Assembly (NCBI GenBank): GCA_945907765.1
Contig: CAMDTO010000006.1
Span: forward strand, 1 to 47,331
Length of the DNA stretch: 47,331 nucleotides
DNA from: Thermoflexus hugenholtzii JAD2
GTDB taxonomy: Bacteria; Chloroflexota; UBA11872; UBA12225
Direction: 5' to 3'
Shown here: piece by piece, positions 9,132 to 19,030 of the stretch
Layout: every line of letters starts with the position of its first letter
How positions within the stretch are numbered: the first letter of the stretch is position 1
Translations under genes and position numbers: made by a program
The notes under the pieces: model-generated
Databases searched by the model: none
The model's input: only the letters and a program-made list of their open reading frames with translations
Told to the model about the DNA's origin: nothing

Positions 9132-9959
9132 TTACACGCCAAGGAGGTTCGCCGGGTTGGTCCGGCACATCGTGTCAATCGCGGAACCGGTGAAGCCCGC
9201 ACCGTGGAGCCACGCGAGGTATTGGTCAAGGCCATCCGGCCAGACCGGATTCTCCGGTTGTCCGAGGTCTGATGCGATCACGGTGGATGCGACGCCGACC
9301 GCCCGGATTGCATCGGCGTTGACCGCGAAGTTCGGCGCCCATTTCCCGTCAGGGCCCGGTTGCGCGTAGACGCGTTCGAGGAAGGCCCCTTGCGACGCCA
9401 GCACTGCCTGGTCTTCGTGCGTCATCGCCACCATGCGGTTTTCCGGGTGGGTCACGAGGACGCGTCGCACCCCCCTGGCGAATGCCTCCGGGACCGCGAT
9501 GAGGGTTTCGGCCGGACTGGCGTGCCCGGTTGCAAGCAGCAGGCCGTGCGCAGCCACCACCTCGAGCACAGATTGCAGGTCGCGACTGGCCTTGCCCCGC
9601 GCATCAAGGAGCCCGACGCCAGTTGCGCCCGGGTGCGTGTCCTGGCGCACATGGTGGGCCGCCCCGAAGGTGGGCAGCCACACAACCCTCCCTCCGGCCC
9701 GGGCGCACGCCTCGACCGCATCCGGATTCAGCCCTCCCACGCTGGGGTTCAGGACGATCCCGCCGAAGACTGGTGCGCCGGGCACTGCCAGTCGCGCCAC
9801 CGCCGCCCGGTCGGCAGTCGGGGCGAGATGGTTCTTGATCACCACCCCGCCCATCCCTTGTGCCAGTGCGGCCCGGGCTGCGGTCAGGTCGTCGATCGAT
9901 CTGGGACGCACGTCAGGAGCGCTGTGCAAGTGCAGGTCCACGACACCTTGGAGGTTCAT
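9132..9959 (-). CDS. Amidohydrolase-superfamily protein (DUF6282-like)
   Basis: DLHLHSAPD, KNH, GGLNP, VWLPT, LATGH, VTHP and SDLGQ metal-site motifs. Start at MNLQG (9959). Confidence 0.8.
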   Translation of the reverse strand: MNLQGVVDLHLHSAPDVRPRSIDDLTAARAALAQGMGGVVIKNHLAPTADRAAVARLAVPGAPVFGGIVLNPSVGGLNPDAVEACARAGGRVVWLPTFGAAHHVRQDTHPGATGVGLLDARGKASRDLQSVLEVVAAHGLLLATGHASPAETLIAVPEAFARGVRRVLVTHPENRMVAMTHEDQAVLASQGAFLERVYAQPGPDGKWAPNFAVNADAIRAVGVASTVIASDLGQPENPVWPDGLDQYLAWLHGAGFTGSAIDTMCRTNPANLLGV

Positions 9960-10408
9960 GTGCAGGTCCTCTGTCCACTTCGATGGCTTTGGCCCGGTTG
10001 CGCGTTGCATGCTGCCGAGATGCGGAAACCCTATTTCATTGCCCGCGGCATGGATAGGTGTCCCTGCCCCGTCCATCGGGCAGGTGCGACGGTGCGATGG
10101 AGTGCCGATCACAAGAACGGATGACCCGGACCCCACTACCCGCGCCGTTCCTCGGCACCGGCGTCAACTCGTGTTCGGTCACCGGCAAGCTGGCTGGGGG
10201 CATCTTCGGGATCCTGCGTCCCGTCGTCAGCGCCGCAAGGTCGCTCCTTCACTTTGCGCCGGATGCCCAGTCCCCTCAAGAGGGGTCCCGTCTTCCATAC
10301 TACGGTTACATCGGCGTCTCATTCCTGATGGGTTTACGTGATCTTTACACCCCGTTGGACCCGACGGCTTGATCTCCCTGTTACGTTCGGAGGGAGGCCG
10401 CCGATCTG

Positions 10409-12367
10409 ATGCGAAAAGGGCTTGCGAAGGACAGGGCGGTCGTGACGAGGCGGTGCCTCGGTGCGCTGACCGTTGGCGCCGTGTCGTTGCTGGGCGGATT
10501 CGGCAAGGCGATGGCGTCTGGCCCGGCGGGATCCATGGTTCTCGCGCCAGCGAATGCGACCCCGTTCGATGCCGAACAGCGGCGCAGTCTCGCCCGGGAT
10601 GCACTGGTGTATTTCCCTCGCCAATCGGGTCCGGTTCTCGGTCGCCCGGTCAACTTCCTGCCGGTCCCCCAATGGCTTCAGGGGACCGAACCTGCCGTCG
10701 CCCGTCGCGATTTCTCACTGGACATCGTCTCTGGCCTGCCGGTCTACCTCGTCGCCGCCGTTGACGATGCCGGTCGTCTGGATGCCTCGCAGGTCTCGGT
10801 CTCTGTCAATGGCGTCACCGTGGCCAAGCCCGGGTCGCTTGATGGAAATGTGATCGGCGGTGTTTCCGCGCCCAGTGCGGGTGGGCAGGTCCGCGACCAT
10901 GCCGTCCTTGACATGGTTTTCGCCCCTCCCGCTCCGGGGCACTACGTTGTCGAGGTGCGTACCCAGTTTCCCGCCGGGACCGATGACCCATCGACGACAA
11001 CGCGCATCCGCAAAGCCCTGGCAACGAGTGGTGCCACGTCCACGACCGTCACCTATGACCTGAACGTCATTCCTCCCGACGCATTCGCTCCGCTCTTCCT
11101 GCGCGACGCCGAGGGCACTTACTGGGCGGTATCCGGAGGCGCGCGCCGTGCCATCCCGGACGAATCGACCTTGCGGATCCTCTCCACACCCGCCCACGTC
11201 ACCTTGCCAGCGTCGCCGGATTTCCTCAGCCTTCTTCCGGTTGGGGAGCGAATCCCCCCGCTGAGTGAAGGCGCCCTGATACGCGGGACAGGAACTGCGC
11301 TCAACTACCGGATCACGGCAGGTGAACGTGTCTGGATATCCGAATCTGACGTTGACGGAACGACCGTCCGGATTGTCGATGTCGAGACGGTCCAGTCAAT
11401 TCCCCTGGCCTTGCGCGATCACTTGCTTGTGCGGACTTCATCTGCCCCCGACGTCTACCACGTTGATGGCATGGCACTCAGGAAGGTTCCCGACTGGAAG
11501 TGGGTGACTGACCACCGCCTCCGACCTGCCGATATCCACACTGTCGCCGAGTGGCTTGTCCCCCTCCTTGCCCAAGGTGCACCGGAATGGCGCTTGCCGG
11601 CCAGTACCTGGCAGGACCGCACGTTCTTCAGTCGCACCCTTGGGCGCACAATGCCCTGCCGGGTTTCCCTTCCGCGTGGCTATTCGGCGGGCTCAAGCGC
11701 GCGGTACCCCGTGATCTACCTCCTGCATGGACTGTCGGGGCGCTATGACGAGTGGAATGGCTACGGCATCGACGAGGTCGCCAGTGGGTTGGAGCATGAC
11801 GGCAAACTTGGCGGCGTGATTCTCGTGGCACCCCAGGGCGGTCTCGGGTACTGGATGGATCAGGATGGTGCCGGGGCGACGCCGTGGGCGACCTATGTCG
11901 CCCGGGACCTGGTGCAACACATTGACGACACGTACCGCACTGTTGCTACCCCAACCGGACGTGCCATTGGCGGTCTTTCGATGGGTGGCCACGGTGCGGT
12001 CCAGATTGCCCTCAATTTCCCGGACGTGTTCACCATTGCCGGGGCACACAGCCCATCGATCAGGTCGCGTGAATCGTCTCCCGCTTTCTTCGGAACTGGT
12101 GGGGCGTTCGAGCGTCGTGACCCGATCTCGCTGGCGAAGTCGGTTGACGTGACCAAACAGCAGTTCTGGATCGATGCCGGCCAGGACGATTCCTGGCGGT
12201 CTGGCGCGGAGGCATTGCGCGATGCCCTGCTGGAACGTGGCCGGTCTGTCGAGTTCCACGTCTTTGACGGTGGACACGATGGGTGGTACTGGGGTGACCA
12301 CCTCTGGGAATATCTGCCCTTCTACGCGAGTGCATTTGCCCGCAACGGGGTCACACGTCCCCGCTGA
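10409..12367 (+). CDS. Exported multidomain protein with a C-terminal alpha/beta-hydrolase (esterase, XynC/antigen-85-like) domain
   Basis: N-terminal signal-like segment; YPVIYLLHG, the GLSMGG nucleophile elbow, DAGQDD and GGHD catalytic-triad motifs. Confidence 0.82.
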   Translation: MRKGLAKDRAVVTRRCLGALTVGAVSLLGGFGKAMASGPAGSMVLAPANATPFDAEQRRSLARDALVYFPRQSGPVLGRPVNFLPVPQWLQGTEPAVARRDFSLDIVSGLPVYLVAAVDDAGRLDASQVSVSVNGVTVAKPGSLDGNVIGGVSAPSAGGQVRDHAVLDMVFAPPAPGHYVVEVRTQFPAGTDDPSTTTRIRKALATSGATSTTVTYDLNVIPPDAFAPLFLRDAEGTYWAVSGGARRAIPDESTLRILSTPAHVTLPASPDFLSLLPVGERIPPLSEGALIRGTGTALNYRITAGERVWISESDVDGTTVRIVDVETVQSIPLALRDHLLVRTSSAPDVYHVDGMALRKVPDWKWVTDHRLRPADIHTVAEWLVPLLAQGAPEWRLPASTWQDRTFFSRTLGRTMPCRVSLPRGYSAGSSARYPVIYLLHGLSGRYDEWNGYGIDEVASGLEHDGKLGGVILVAPQGGLGYWMDQDGAGATPWATYVARDLVQHIDDTYRTVATPTGRAIGGLSMGGHGAVQIALNFPDVFTIAGAHSPSIRSRESSPAFFGTGGAFERRDPISLAKSVDVTKQQFWIDAGQDDSWRSGAEALRDALLERGRSVEFHVFDGGHDGWYWGDHLWEYLPFYASAFARNGVTRPR

Positions 12368-12617
12368 CGTCCTCCGTACGGTGGCAACAGTGGTGCTAGA
12401 CTCCTTGCCGGAGTGTCGTGTGGCGTGGTGTCGACCGTGCCGGTGCGCAAGCGATTGGCGCATTGGCGGTGCACTGCCACGAATCCGATGGGTCTGACTG
12501 GATTTCGGGTCGGATGGTTCGTGCCTGACGTCCCGGAGTGAGACAATGGATCAGCGGTCCGGGTGTGTTGCCCGGACCTGTGTGGGGCCACCCGGGGCGG
12601 GTGTGCTGGAGGCAGCA

Positions 12618-14135
12618 ATGGCTACGAAGGTTGAACACGCGGCGACGGCTGTCGCCGAACACGGTCTCTATATCGATGGCGAGTGGCGCGCTTCCCAGAG
12701 CGGGAAATCGTTCGCGGTGCGCAATCCGGCCACGGGTGAGGTGATCGCCAAGTGCGCCGATGGTGGTCGCGCCGAGACGACCGAAGCCATCGAGGCTGCG
12801 CACCGTGCCTTCCCGGCATGGAGCAAGTTGCCCGCTGAGGTTCGTGCCGGGTACCTCTCGAAGGCAGCCGCCCTGATGATCGAGCGCGTCAATGAACTCG
12901 CCGAGATCCTCACCCTTGAGAACGGCAAGCCGCTCGCCGAAAGCATTGGCGAGACCCGTGGCGCAGCGTCCTTCTTCCAGTGGAACGCTGAAGAGGCGCG
13001 TCGCATCTACGGCGAGGTCGTGCCGTCGGCCCGCACCGACACGCGGATCCTGACGATCAAGCAGCCGGTTGGCGTGGTCGCGGCGATCACCCCCTGGAAC
13101 TTCCCGTGCAGCATGGTCACCCGCAAGCTCGGGCCCGCCTTGGCTGCCGGGTGCACCGCGGTCTTGCGTCCGGCCCGTGCCACCCCGCTGATCGCCATCG
13201 CGATCTACAAGATCCTCGAGGAAGTCGGGATCCCGAAGGGTGTCGTCAACCTCATCACCGGCACCGACTCCGCCGGCATGGGTGACGAACTCGCGACCAA
13301 TCCCAAGGTCCGCAAGCTCACCTTCACCGGATCGACCGAGGTTGGCAAGCAACTCATCGCCAAGTGCGCCACCACCGTCAAGCGCGTCTCGATGGAACTC
13401 GGCGGACATGCGCCGTTCATCGTCTTCGACGATGCCGACATGGACAAGGCTGCCGATGCCGTGGTCCTGAGCCGCTTCCGCAATGCCGGACAGACCTGTA
13501 TCTGCACCAACCGGGTATATGTGCAGAAGTCAGTCGCTGCGTCCTTCGCCCAGAAGGTTGCGTCGCGCGTCTCCGCACTGAAGGTCGGCAACGGTCTCGA
13601 GGCCGGGGTCCAGGTCGGCCCGCTGATCGATGAGCATGGCTTCCGCAAGGTCGAGGAGCATGTCCGTGATGCGGTCGCCCGCGGTGGCACCATCCTCGCC
13701 GGAGGCAAGCCCTTCTCCACCCCGACCAATGGTCATGCGAATGGCCACGCCAACGGCAATGGCAACGGCCACCTGCACGGATGGTTCTTCGAGCCAACCG
13801 TCATCGGCAACGCCCATCCCGAGATGCTTGTCATGCACGAGGAGACCTTCGGTCCCGTCCTCCCGATCATGGAGTTCGAGACGGAGGAAGAGGCCATCTC
13901 CATGGCGAACGACACTCCGTACGGCCTCGCCGCGTACTTCTTCACGCGCGATGTCGGGCGTCTCTTCCGGGTCGCCGAGGGTCTTGAATACGGCATCGTG
14001 GGCGCGAATGACCCGCTGCCAACTGGCCCCCACATCCCGTTCGGCGGGTTCAAGGAGTCAGGCGTCGCCCGCGAGAACGGATCCGACGGCATCAATCACT
14101 TCCTCGAAGTCAAGGCCATCTCCATCGGCCTCTAG
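12618..14135 (+). CDS. gabD: NAD(P)-dependent succinate-semialdehyde dehydrogenase
   Basis: PVGVVAAITPWNFP, FTGSTEVGK, MELGGHAPF, FRNAGQTCIC, EETFGP and PFGGFKESG; GGAGG RBS before ATG 12618. Confidence 0.9.
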   Translation: MATKVEHAATAVAEHGLYIDGEWRASQSGKSFAVRNPATGEVIAKCADGGRAETTEAIEAAHRAFPAWSKLPAEVRAGYLSKAAALMIERVNELAEILTLENGKPLAESIGETRGAASFFQWNAEEARRIYGEVVPSARTDTRILTIKQPVGVVAAITPWNFPCSMVTRKLGPALAAGCTAVLRPARATPLIAIAIYKILEEVGIPKGVVNLITGTDSAGMGDELATNPKVRKLTFTGSTEVGKQLIAKCATTVKRVSMELGGHAPFIVFDDADMDKAADAVVLSRFRNAGQTCICTNRVYVQKSVAASFAQKVASRVSALKVGNGLEAGVQVGPLIDEHGFRKVEEHVRDAVARGGTILAGGKPFSTPTNGHANGHANGNGNGHLHGWFFEPTVIGNAHPEMLVMHEETFGPVLPIMEFETEEEAISMANDTPYGLAAYFFTRDVGRLFRVAEGLEYGIVGANDPLPTGPHIPFGGFKESGVARENGSDGINHFLEVKAISIGL

Positions 14136-14267
14136 GGTTCGGGCATCCGGCGACGTGTACGCTTCGGTCAGTGGTGTGATCGGTGCACGCACGTTCGGTC
14201 CGGCGGCACATCGGTCGTGCGGGGGTCTCGTGGCCTCCGCACACACCTGATCTGGAGTGCCAACGCG

Positions 14268-15161
14268 ATGCCCCGCAAGTCTCCCCGCCCCGTGCCGGTG
14301 ATGGCAGACGCTGATATTGACGCAACTGCCGACGAGGCGTTCCCCGACCCGGCCACCCCTTCCGGGCGCATCCTCGCCACCTTGATCGGTGCACACGTTC
14401 CCGGGACCCCGGCAACATGGGCAACTGCGGATCTGTACCGGAGCGCCGGCCTCGCTGGTGACGCCGCCGAAACCGCCCTCGCCGGTCTTCAAGCGAGGCG
14501 GATTGTCGATGTCCAAGCGACTTCCGATAGCTCATCAAGGCGCCTGACGGTCCTTCTTGCCCCGCCGCTCGACGAGTACGGCGTCGTGCCGTCATGGGGT
14601 CAGGCATCAGACCCTGATCCAGCTGAATCCGACACGCCTACCGGAGACGATTCCTCGGGTCCCGGTTCATCTTCCGAGTGGTCGGTCGTCCGGTCCGGCA
14701 CGTCCGGGCGGGTCAGGCCCGTTGGTGGCGAGGCACGCATGGTTGACAATGGTTCCGACCGGGCCTCCGGCGCCGAGGAGACCGCAGTTGCCCGGCAGTT
14801 CCTTGAGCGGGTCGAGCGTCTGCTGGTCGAATGTGACGAATGGCGCCGGCGCGCCCTGTCAGCCGAGGACCGGGCCGGTGCACTCGAACGTCAGGTGCGG
14901 GCGGTCGAACGTCGCACTGAAGCCATCCAGACCCGTCTTGATGTCGCGACAGATCGCCTGCGCGCCTGGGCCGAACTTTCCAAGCGCATGCAGCAACTCT
15001 CCCGCCAGGCCGACGTCCTCTCCCGTGCCCGGGGGGCGCCGCGCCCGCGTGAAACCGTCGAGACGGTCGCCAAGTCCGGTGGGACGGTCCCTGCAGGTGC
15101 CGACGCTCGCTCCGAAGATGCTTCTGGGACGGTCGAGACGCTGGTCGCTAACGCGTCCTGA
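14268..15161 (+). CDS. Hypothetical protein (possible winged-helix-like N-terminus, acidic linker, coiled coil)
   Basis: Long ORF filling the gap, codon pattern like its neighbours, and a heptad-rich C-terminal segment (FLERVERLL...LSRQADVL). Confidence 0.65.
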   Translation: MPRKSPRPVPVMADADIDATADEAFPDPATPSGRILATLIGAHVPGTPATWATADLYRSAGLAGDAAETALAGLQARRIVDVQATSDSSSRRLTVLLAPPLDEYGVVPSWGQASDPDPAESDTPTGDDSSGPGSSSEWSVVRSGTSGRVRPVGGEARMVDNGSDRASGAEETAVARQFLERVERLLVECDEWRRRALSAEDRAGALERQVRAVERRTEAIQTRLDVATDRLRAWAELSKRMQQLSRQADVLSRARGAPRPRETVETVAKSGGTVPAGADARSEDASGTVETLVANAS

Positions 15162-15277
15162 GCTACCGCTTCCGGTGCACCAGTTGCCGTGCAGTTGGTG
15201 CGATACTGTCGCCAAACGGCAACCTGTCATCAGGCATCACTCCGTGATGCCCCACCGAATTCGTCAGGGGTGATCAA

Positions 15278-16138
15278 GTGGAATACCGCACATTGGGCCA
15301 GACGGGCCAGAAGTTGTCGGTCATCGGGTTCGGTGGAATCGTCGTCACCGAGACACCTCAGGACGAGGCCAACCGCCTTGTTGCATCCGCGGTTGCGCGC
15401 GGGGTCAACTACTTCGACGTCGCCCCGAGTTACGGCGACGCCGAGGATCGTCTCGGACCGGCGTTGCGCCCCCACCGTGACGGGGTCTTCCTGGCGTGCA
15501 AGACGGGCATGCGGGATGCGGTCGGCGCCCGTGCCGAACTCGAATCGTCACTCGCGAAGATGCACACCGACCACTTCGACCTCTACCAATTGCATGCGAT
15601 GACCAAGATGGAGGATGTCGAGACCGTCCTCGGGCCGGGCGGCGCGATGGAGACTTTCCTGCGTGCGCGTGATGAGGGCAAGGTCAAGTACCTCGGGTTC
15701 AGTGCGCACTCAACCGAGGCGGCCGTTGCCCTTCTCGACCGTTTCCCCTTCGACTCCGTGCTGTTCCCCTTGAACTTCTGCACCTACCTCGAAGGCAACT
15801 TCGGTCCGCAGGTGGTTGAAGCTGCCAAGCGCCGTGGTGCCGGCATCCTCGCCCTCAAGGGCATGGCCAAGACCAAGTGGCCTGAAGGCACGACGCGCGA
15901 GGATCGCAAGTGGCGCAAGGCGTGGTACGAACCCATCGAGGATCGTGACCATGCGGCGCTTGCCCTCCGCTTCACCCTTGGTCTCGGGGTCACGGCCGCA
16001 ATCCCTCCCGGACACGTCGAGTTCTTCGACCTTGCCTTGGAGATCGCGTCTGACCTCCGGCCCCTGAACCCGGCCGAACTCGCCGCCATCGAGACCCTCG
16101 CCCACGCCACCGAACCGTTGTTCCGCACCGCGGCGTAG
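15278..16138 (+). CDS. Aldo/keto reductase
   Basis: YRTLGQTG..LSVIGFGG, NYFDVAPSYG, LACK, DLYQLH and LGFSAH. Confidence 0.92.
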   Translation: MEYRTLGQTGQKLSVIGFGGIVVTETPQDEANRLVASAVARGVNYFDVAPSYGDAEDRLGPALRPHRDGVFLACKTGMRDAVGARAELESSLAKMHTDHFDLYQLHAMTKMEDVETVLGPGGAMETFLRARDEGKVKYLGFSAHSTEAAVALLDRFPFDSVLFPLNFCTYLEGNFGPQVVEAAKRRGAGILALKGMAKTKWPEGTTREDRKWRKAWYEPIEDRDHAALALRFTLGLGVTAAIPPGHVEFFDLALEIASDLRPLNPAELAAIETLAHATEPLFRTAA

Positions 16139-16232
16139 GCACCGTTCCTGGGCCATGGCGGGACTCGCAATGTCCCAGGGATCCGTCCGTATCGTCAACC
16201 CGCCCCGCACTCCGGTACCTTGTCTCCCCGAC

Positions 16233-17048
16233 ATGAGTACGAGCACGACCACCACATCCTCAGCCATTCCCGTCTGGCCTGATGCGCCACAAGGCACCTC
16301 AGGCGGTGCCGATACCGTCCACCTCACACCGTTCCTGCTTGAACGTGACGGCTCACACCCTCTCCGCGGGGCAGTCATCGTCCTGCCGGGTGGTGGCTAC
16401 CGCATGCGGGCAGAACATGAGGGTGCTCCGATCGCCAGATGGGTCAACAGTCTTGGGTACCACGCCTTCGTGGTCTCGTACCGGGTCGCGCCCCACCGGC
16501 ATCCGGCGCCAATGCAGGACGCCCAGCGCGCGATCCGGATCGTCCGCCACCGTGCATCGGAGTGGGGCATCGACCCGGACGCCGTCGGGATCATCGGCTT
16601 TTCCGCCGGGGGACATCTAGTCGCGACGGTGTCCACGCAGTTTGACACGGGCCTTACCGATGCCACCGATCCGGTCCTTCGCGCCTCCTGCCGGCCGGAC
16701 TTCGCGATCCTGTGCTACCCGGTCATCTCCTTCATTGCAGAGGTGCACCAGGGATGCATCGATAATCTCCTCGGGCCGGATACCGACGAGGCGTCTCGCA
16801 GGGCAATGAGTGCCGAGGCGAATGTCACCGCCGACACGCCCCCGTCCTTCATCTGGCACACGGTGGAAGATCAGTCCGTCCCGGTCAACCACCCCCTTGT
16901 CTATGCGCGTGCCCTCGGCGCATCCGGCGTGCCATACGCCTTGCACGTCTTCCCGAACGGCCGGCACGGTCTTGGACTGGCGGACGGGCACCCCGCCGGT
17001 GCGTGGACGACACTTGCCGCAACCTGGATGGCAGGCCTTCGTGGCTAG
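16233..17048 (+). CDS. Alpha/beta hydrolase (acetylesterase/BD-FAE-like)
   Basis: PGGGY, DAQRAIR, GFSAGGH, RPDFAILCYPV, DQSV and HGLGL. The ORF could start at 16155. Confidence 0.88.
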   Translation: MSTSTTTTSSAIPVWPDAPQGTSGGADTVHLTPFLLERDGSHPLRGAVIVLPGGGYRMRAEHEGAPIARWVNSLGYHAFVVSYRVAPHRHPAPMQDAQRAIRIVRHRASEWGIDPDAVGIIGFSAGGHLVATVSTQFDTGLTDATDPVLRASCRPDFAILCYPVISFIAEVHQGCIDNLLGPDTDEASRRAMSAEANVTADTPPSFIWHTVEDQSVPVNHPLVYARALGASGVPYALHVFPNGRHGLGLADGHPAGAWTTLAATWMAGLRG

Positions 17049-17078
17049 GGATCGCTGTCCAGCCGCACTACGGTTGGC

Positions 17079-18836
17079 TTAGCCCACGTGGCTGGCTGGT
17101 CCGGTGGAGTGTGGCGAAGCGGTGTCGGCTCCGTCGACGTGACGTTCGGTGTCTATCGCCGTGATCGCTCGGTCGGCGCTCCAGTGGACCCGCTCCGCTC
17201 CCACTCGTTCCAGGACGCCGGATCGCTCAAGCCGACGCCTCGCTGCGGGTTGCAACCCGACGAGATGGACTGACCCGCCTCCGTGGTCGTGCCGAAGGAT
17301 CGTCTCCTCGATCGCCTGGACACCGACGGCGTCGAGCGTCGGCATGCCTCGGAGGGACAGGATCAGCGAAGTCGACGTTGGCACATCCTCGAGGGCTTCC
17401 AGAAACGTCGAGATATTCCCGAAGTAGAGTGGGCCAGTCACGTACACGACCTCGACGCCCGGATGGTCACCGCGCAACGGCTGTCCACGATCGCTCATGC
17501 GGGCCGCGTCGAATGGCTGCCGGTTGACGTCGATCACGCTGGCCTGGCGCACGAACCACAGGACCGAGACCACCATCCCTATCACCACGGCCTGGGTCAG
17601 GTTGAACACGTAGGTGGCCACCATGGTGACCAGCATCACTGCCACGGCGTGCCAGAGCCGACGGTGCACGAAAAAGCGCATCGTCGCCCAGTCATTCACG
17701 CGCACTGAGGTCACCAGAAGCACCCCGCCCAGGGCGGCCAATGGGACCCGTTCCAAGGCCGGGCCGATCAGCAATGCCGCCGCCAGAAGCACCAACCCGT
17801 GAATGATCGGAACCAAGCGGGTCCGCCCTCCACTTCGGATCGCGACCGATGTCCGCGCCACGGCGGCTGATGCGGGTACCCCGCCGAGGAACGGAATGAT
17901 CAGGTTGCCTAGGCCAAGCGCAATCAACTCCTGATCGTTGTTCATCTTCACGCCAGTCAGGTTTCCCCCGACCCTTCCGCACAGCAGCGACTTGATCGAC
18001 GCAAGGACCGCGATCGACACTGCCGGCGCGACGAGCATCGCGACCCCGTCCAACGTGATCGACGACAGATCCAGGCGGTCCGGAAGGAGAATGGTGCGCG
18101 GAATATGGCCGATCATGTGGACCGGCCAATCGAGCACGTTCGCCACGATTGTGGCGAGGGTAATCCCGAGGAGCGACGCCGGGATGTTCCGGTTCCACCT
18201 CGGGACGGTCACCATGGTGCCGATCACGATGGCGGTGACGACAATCGCATGCCACTCGATGGATCCCAGATGTTCGATGACCGCGATGAGATGCAGGTAC
18301 TGCTGCGGAAAGTTCCCGATCTCCAAGCCGAGCACGGTGTCCAGTTGTCCTGATGCGATCACGAGGGCGATGCCTGACGTGAACCCGACAATCACTGGAC
18401 TGGGGATGAACTGGATCAGGCGTCCCATCCGGAACAGGCCAAGCCCCATGATGATCAGCCCGGCCATCGCCCCGGCCAGCCACATGCCGGGAAGTCCGTA
18501 GGTCGCCGTGATGCCCACCAGGATGGCGGCCATCGCACCGGTCGGTCCCGATACCTGGAAGGGTGCGCCTCCAAGGAGGCCCATGACGAGACCTGAAATG
18601 ATGGCCGTCACAAGTCCGGCAGCGGCCGTTGCGCCCGATGCGACGCCGAACGCAAGGGCGAGGGGCAGGCTGACCGCGCCGACATTGAGGCCCGCCAGCA
18701 CGTCAGCGGTCAGGTGGACACGGCCATACCCGGTGAACTCGCGTCTCCAGAGGCCTACGAGCGCAAGCGAACTTGCTGGACCCGTCCTTCCGGATCGCCG
18801 TGGCGGCGGAGGTGAGGCCACACTGGCAGACGCCAT
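17079..18836 (-). CDS. SulP/SLC26 family anion transporter with STAS domain
   Basis: D.LAGLNVG..LPLALAF, QVSGPTGAM, GFTSGIA, QELIALGLGN, ART and the STAS motif GPLYFGN...D.VG. Confidence 0.93.
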   Translation of the reverse strand: MASASVASPPPPRRSGRTGPASSLALVGLWRREFTGYGRVHLTADVLAGLNVGAVSLPLALAFGVASGATAAAGLVTAIISGLVMGLLGGAPFQVSGPTGAMAAILVGITATYGLPGMWLAGAMAGLIIMGLGLFRMGRLIQFIPSPVIVGFTSGIALVIASGQLDTVLGLEIGNFPQQYLHLIAVIEHLGSIEWHAIVVTAIVIGTMVTVPRWNRNIPASLLGITLATIVANVLDWPVHMIGHIPRTILLPDRLDLSSITLDGVAMLVAPAVSIAVLASIKSLLCGRVGGNLTGVKMNNDQELIALGLGNLIIPFLGGVPASAAVARTSVAIRSGGRTRLVPIIHGLVLLAAALLIGPALERVPLAALGGVLLVTSVRVNDWATMRFFVHRRLWHAVAVMLVTMVATYVFNLTQAVVIGMVVSVLWFVRQASVIDVNRQPFDAARMSDRGQPLRGDHPGVEVVYVTGPLYFGNISTFLEALEDVPTSTSLILSLRGMPTLDAVGVQAIEETILRHDHGGGSVHLVGLQPAARRRLERSGVLERVGAERVHWSADRAITAIDTERHVDGADTASPHSTGPASHVG

Positions 18837-19030
18837 CAGCGCCTCTCCCCCCACAGCCGCCGATGCGCGGGAAGGGCAGGTGGTAGGGGCACTCCGTCGA
18901 GGTCACTTCCCCTCGCCCTCTGGGGTGCCAACGGTCCAGCATTGGTCGTGAGGGCCATCATCGTCCTGTCACTTCCGCCCATGCCTGAGCCGCCCGGCGC
19001 ACCAGAGTTGAGCGATTCCGATGGATTGTC

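Noticed and set aside
10340-10400. c-di-AMP (ydaO) or c-di-GMP riboswitch call
   Set aside because: Only short 3'-end-like fragments match and the conserved 5' cores are absent. The region is kept only as an unnamed structured candidate.
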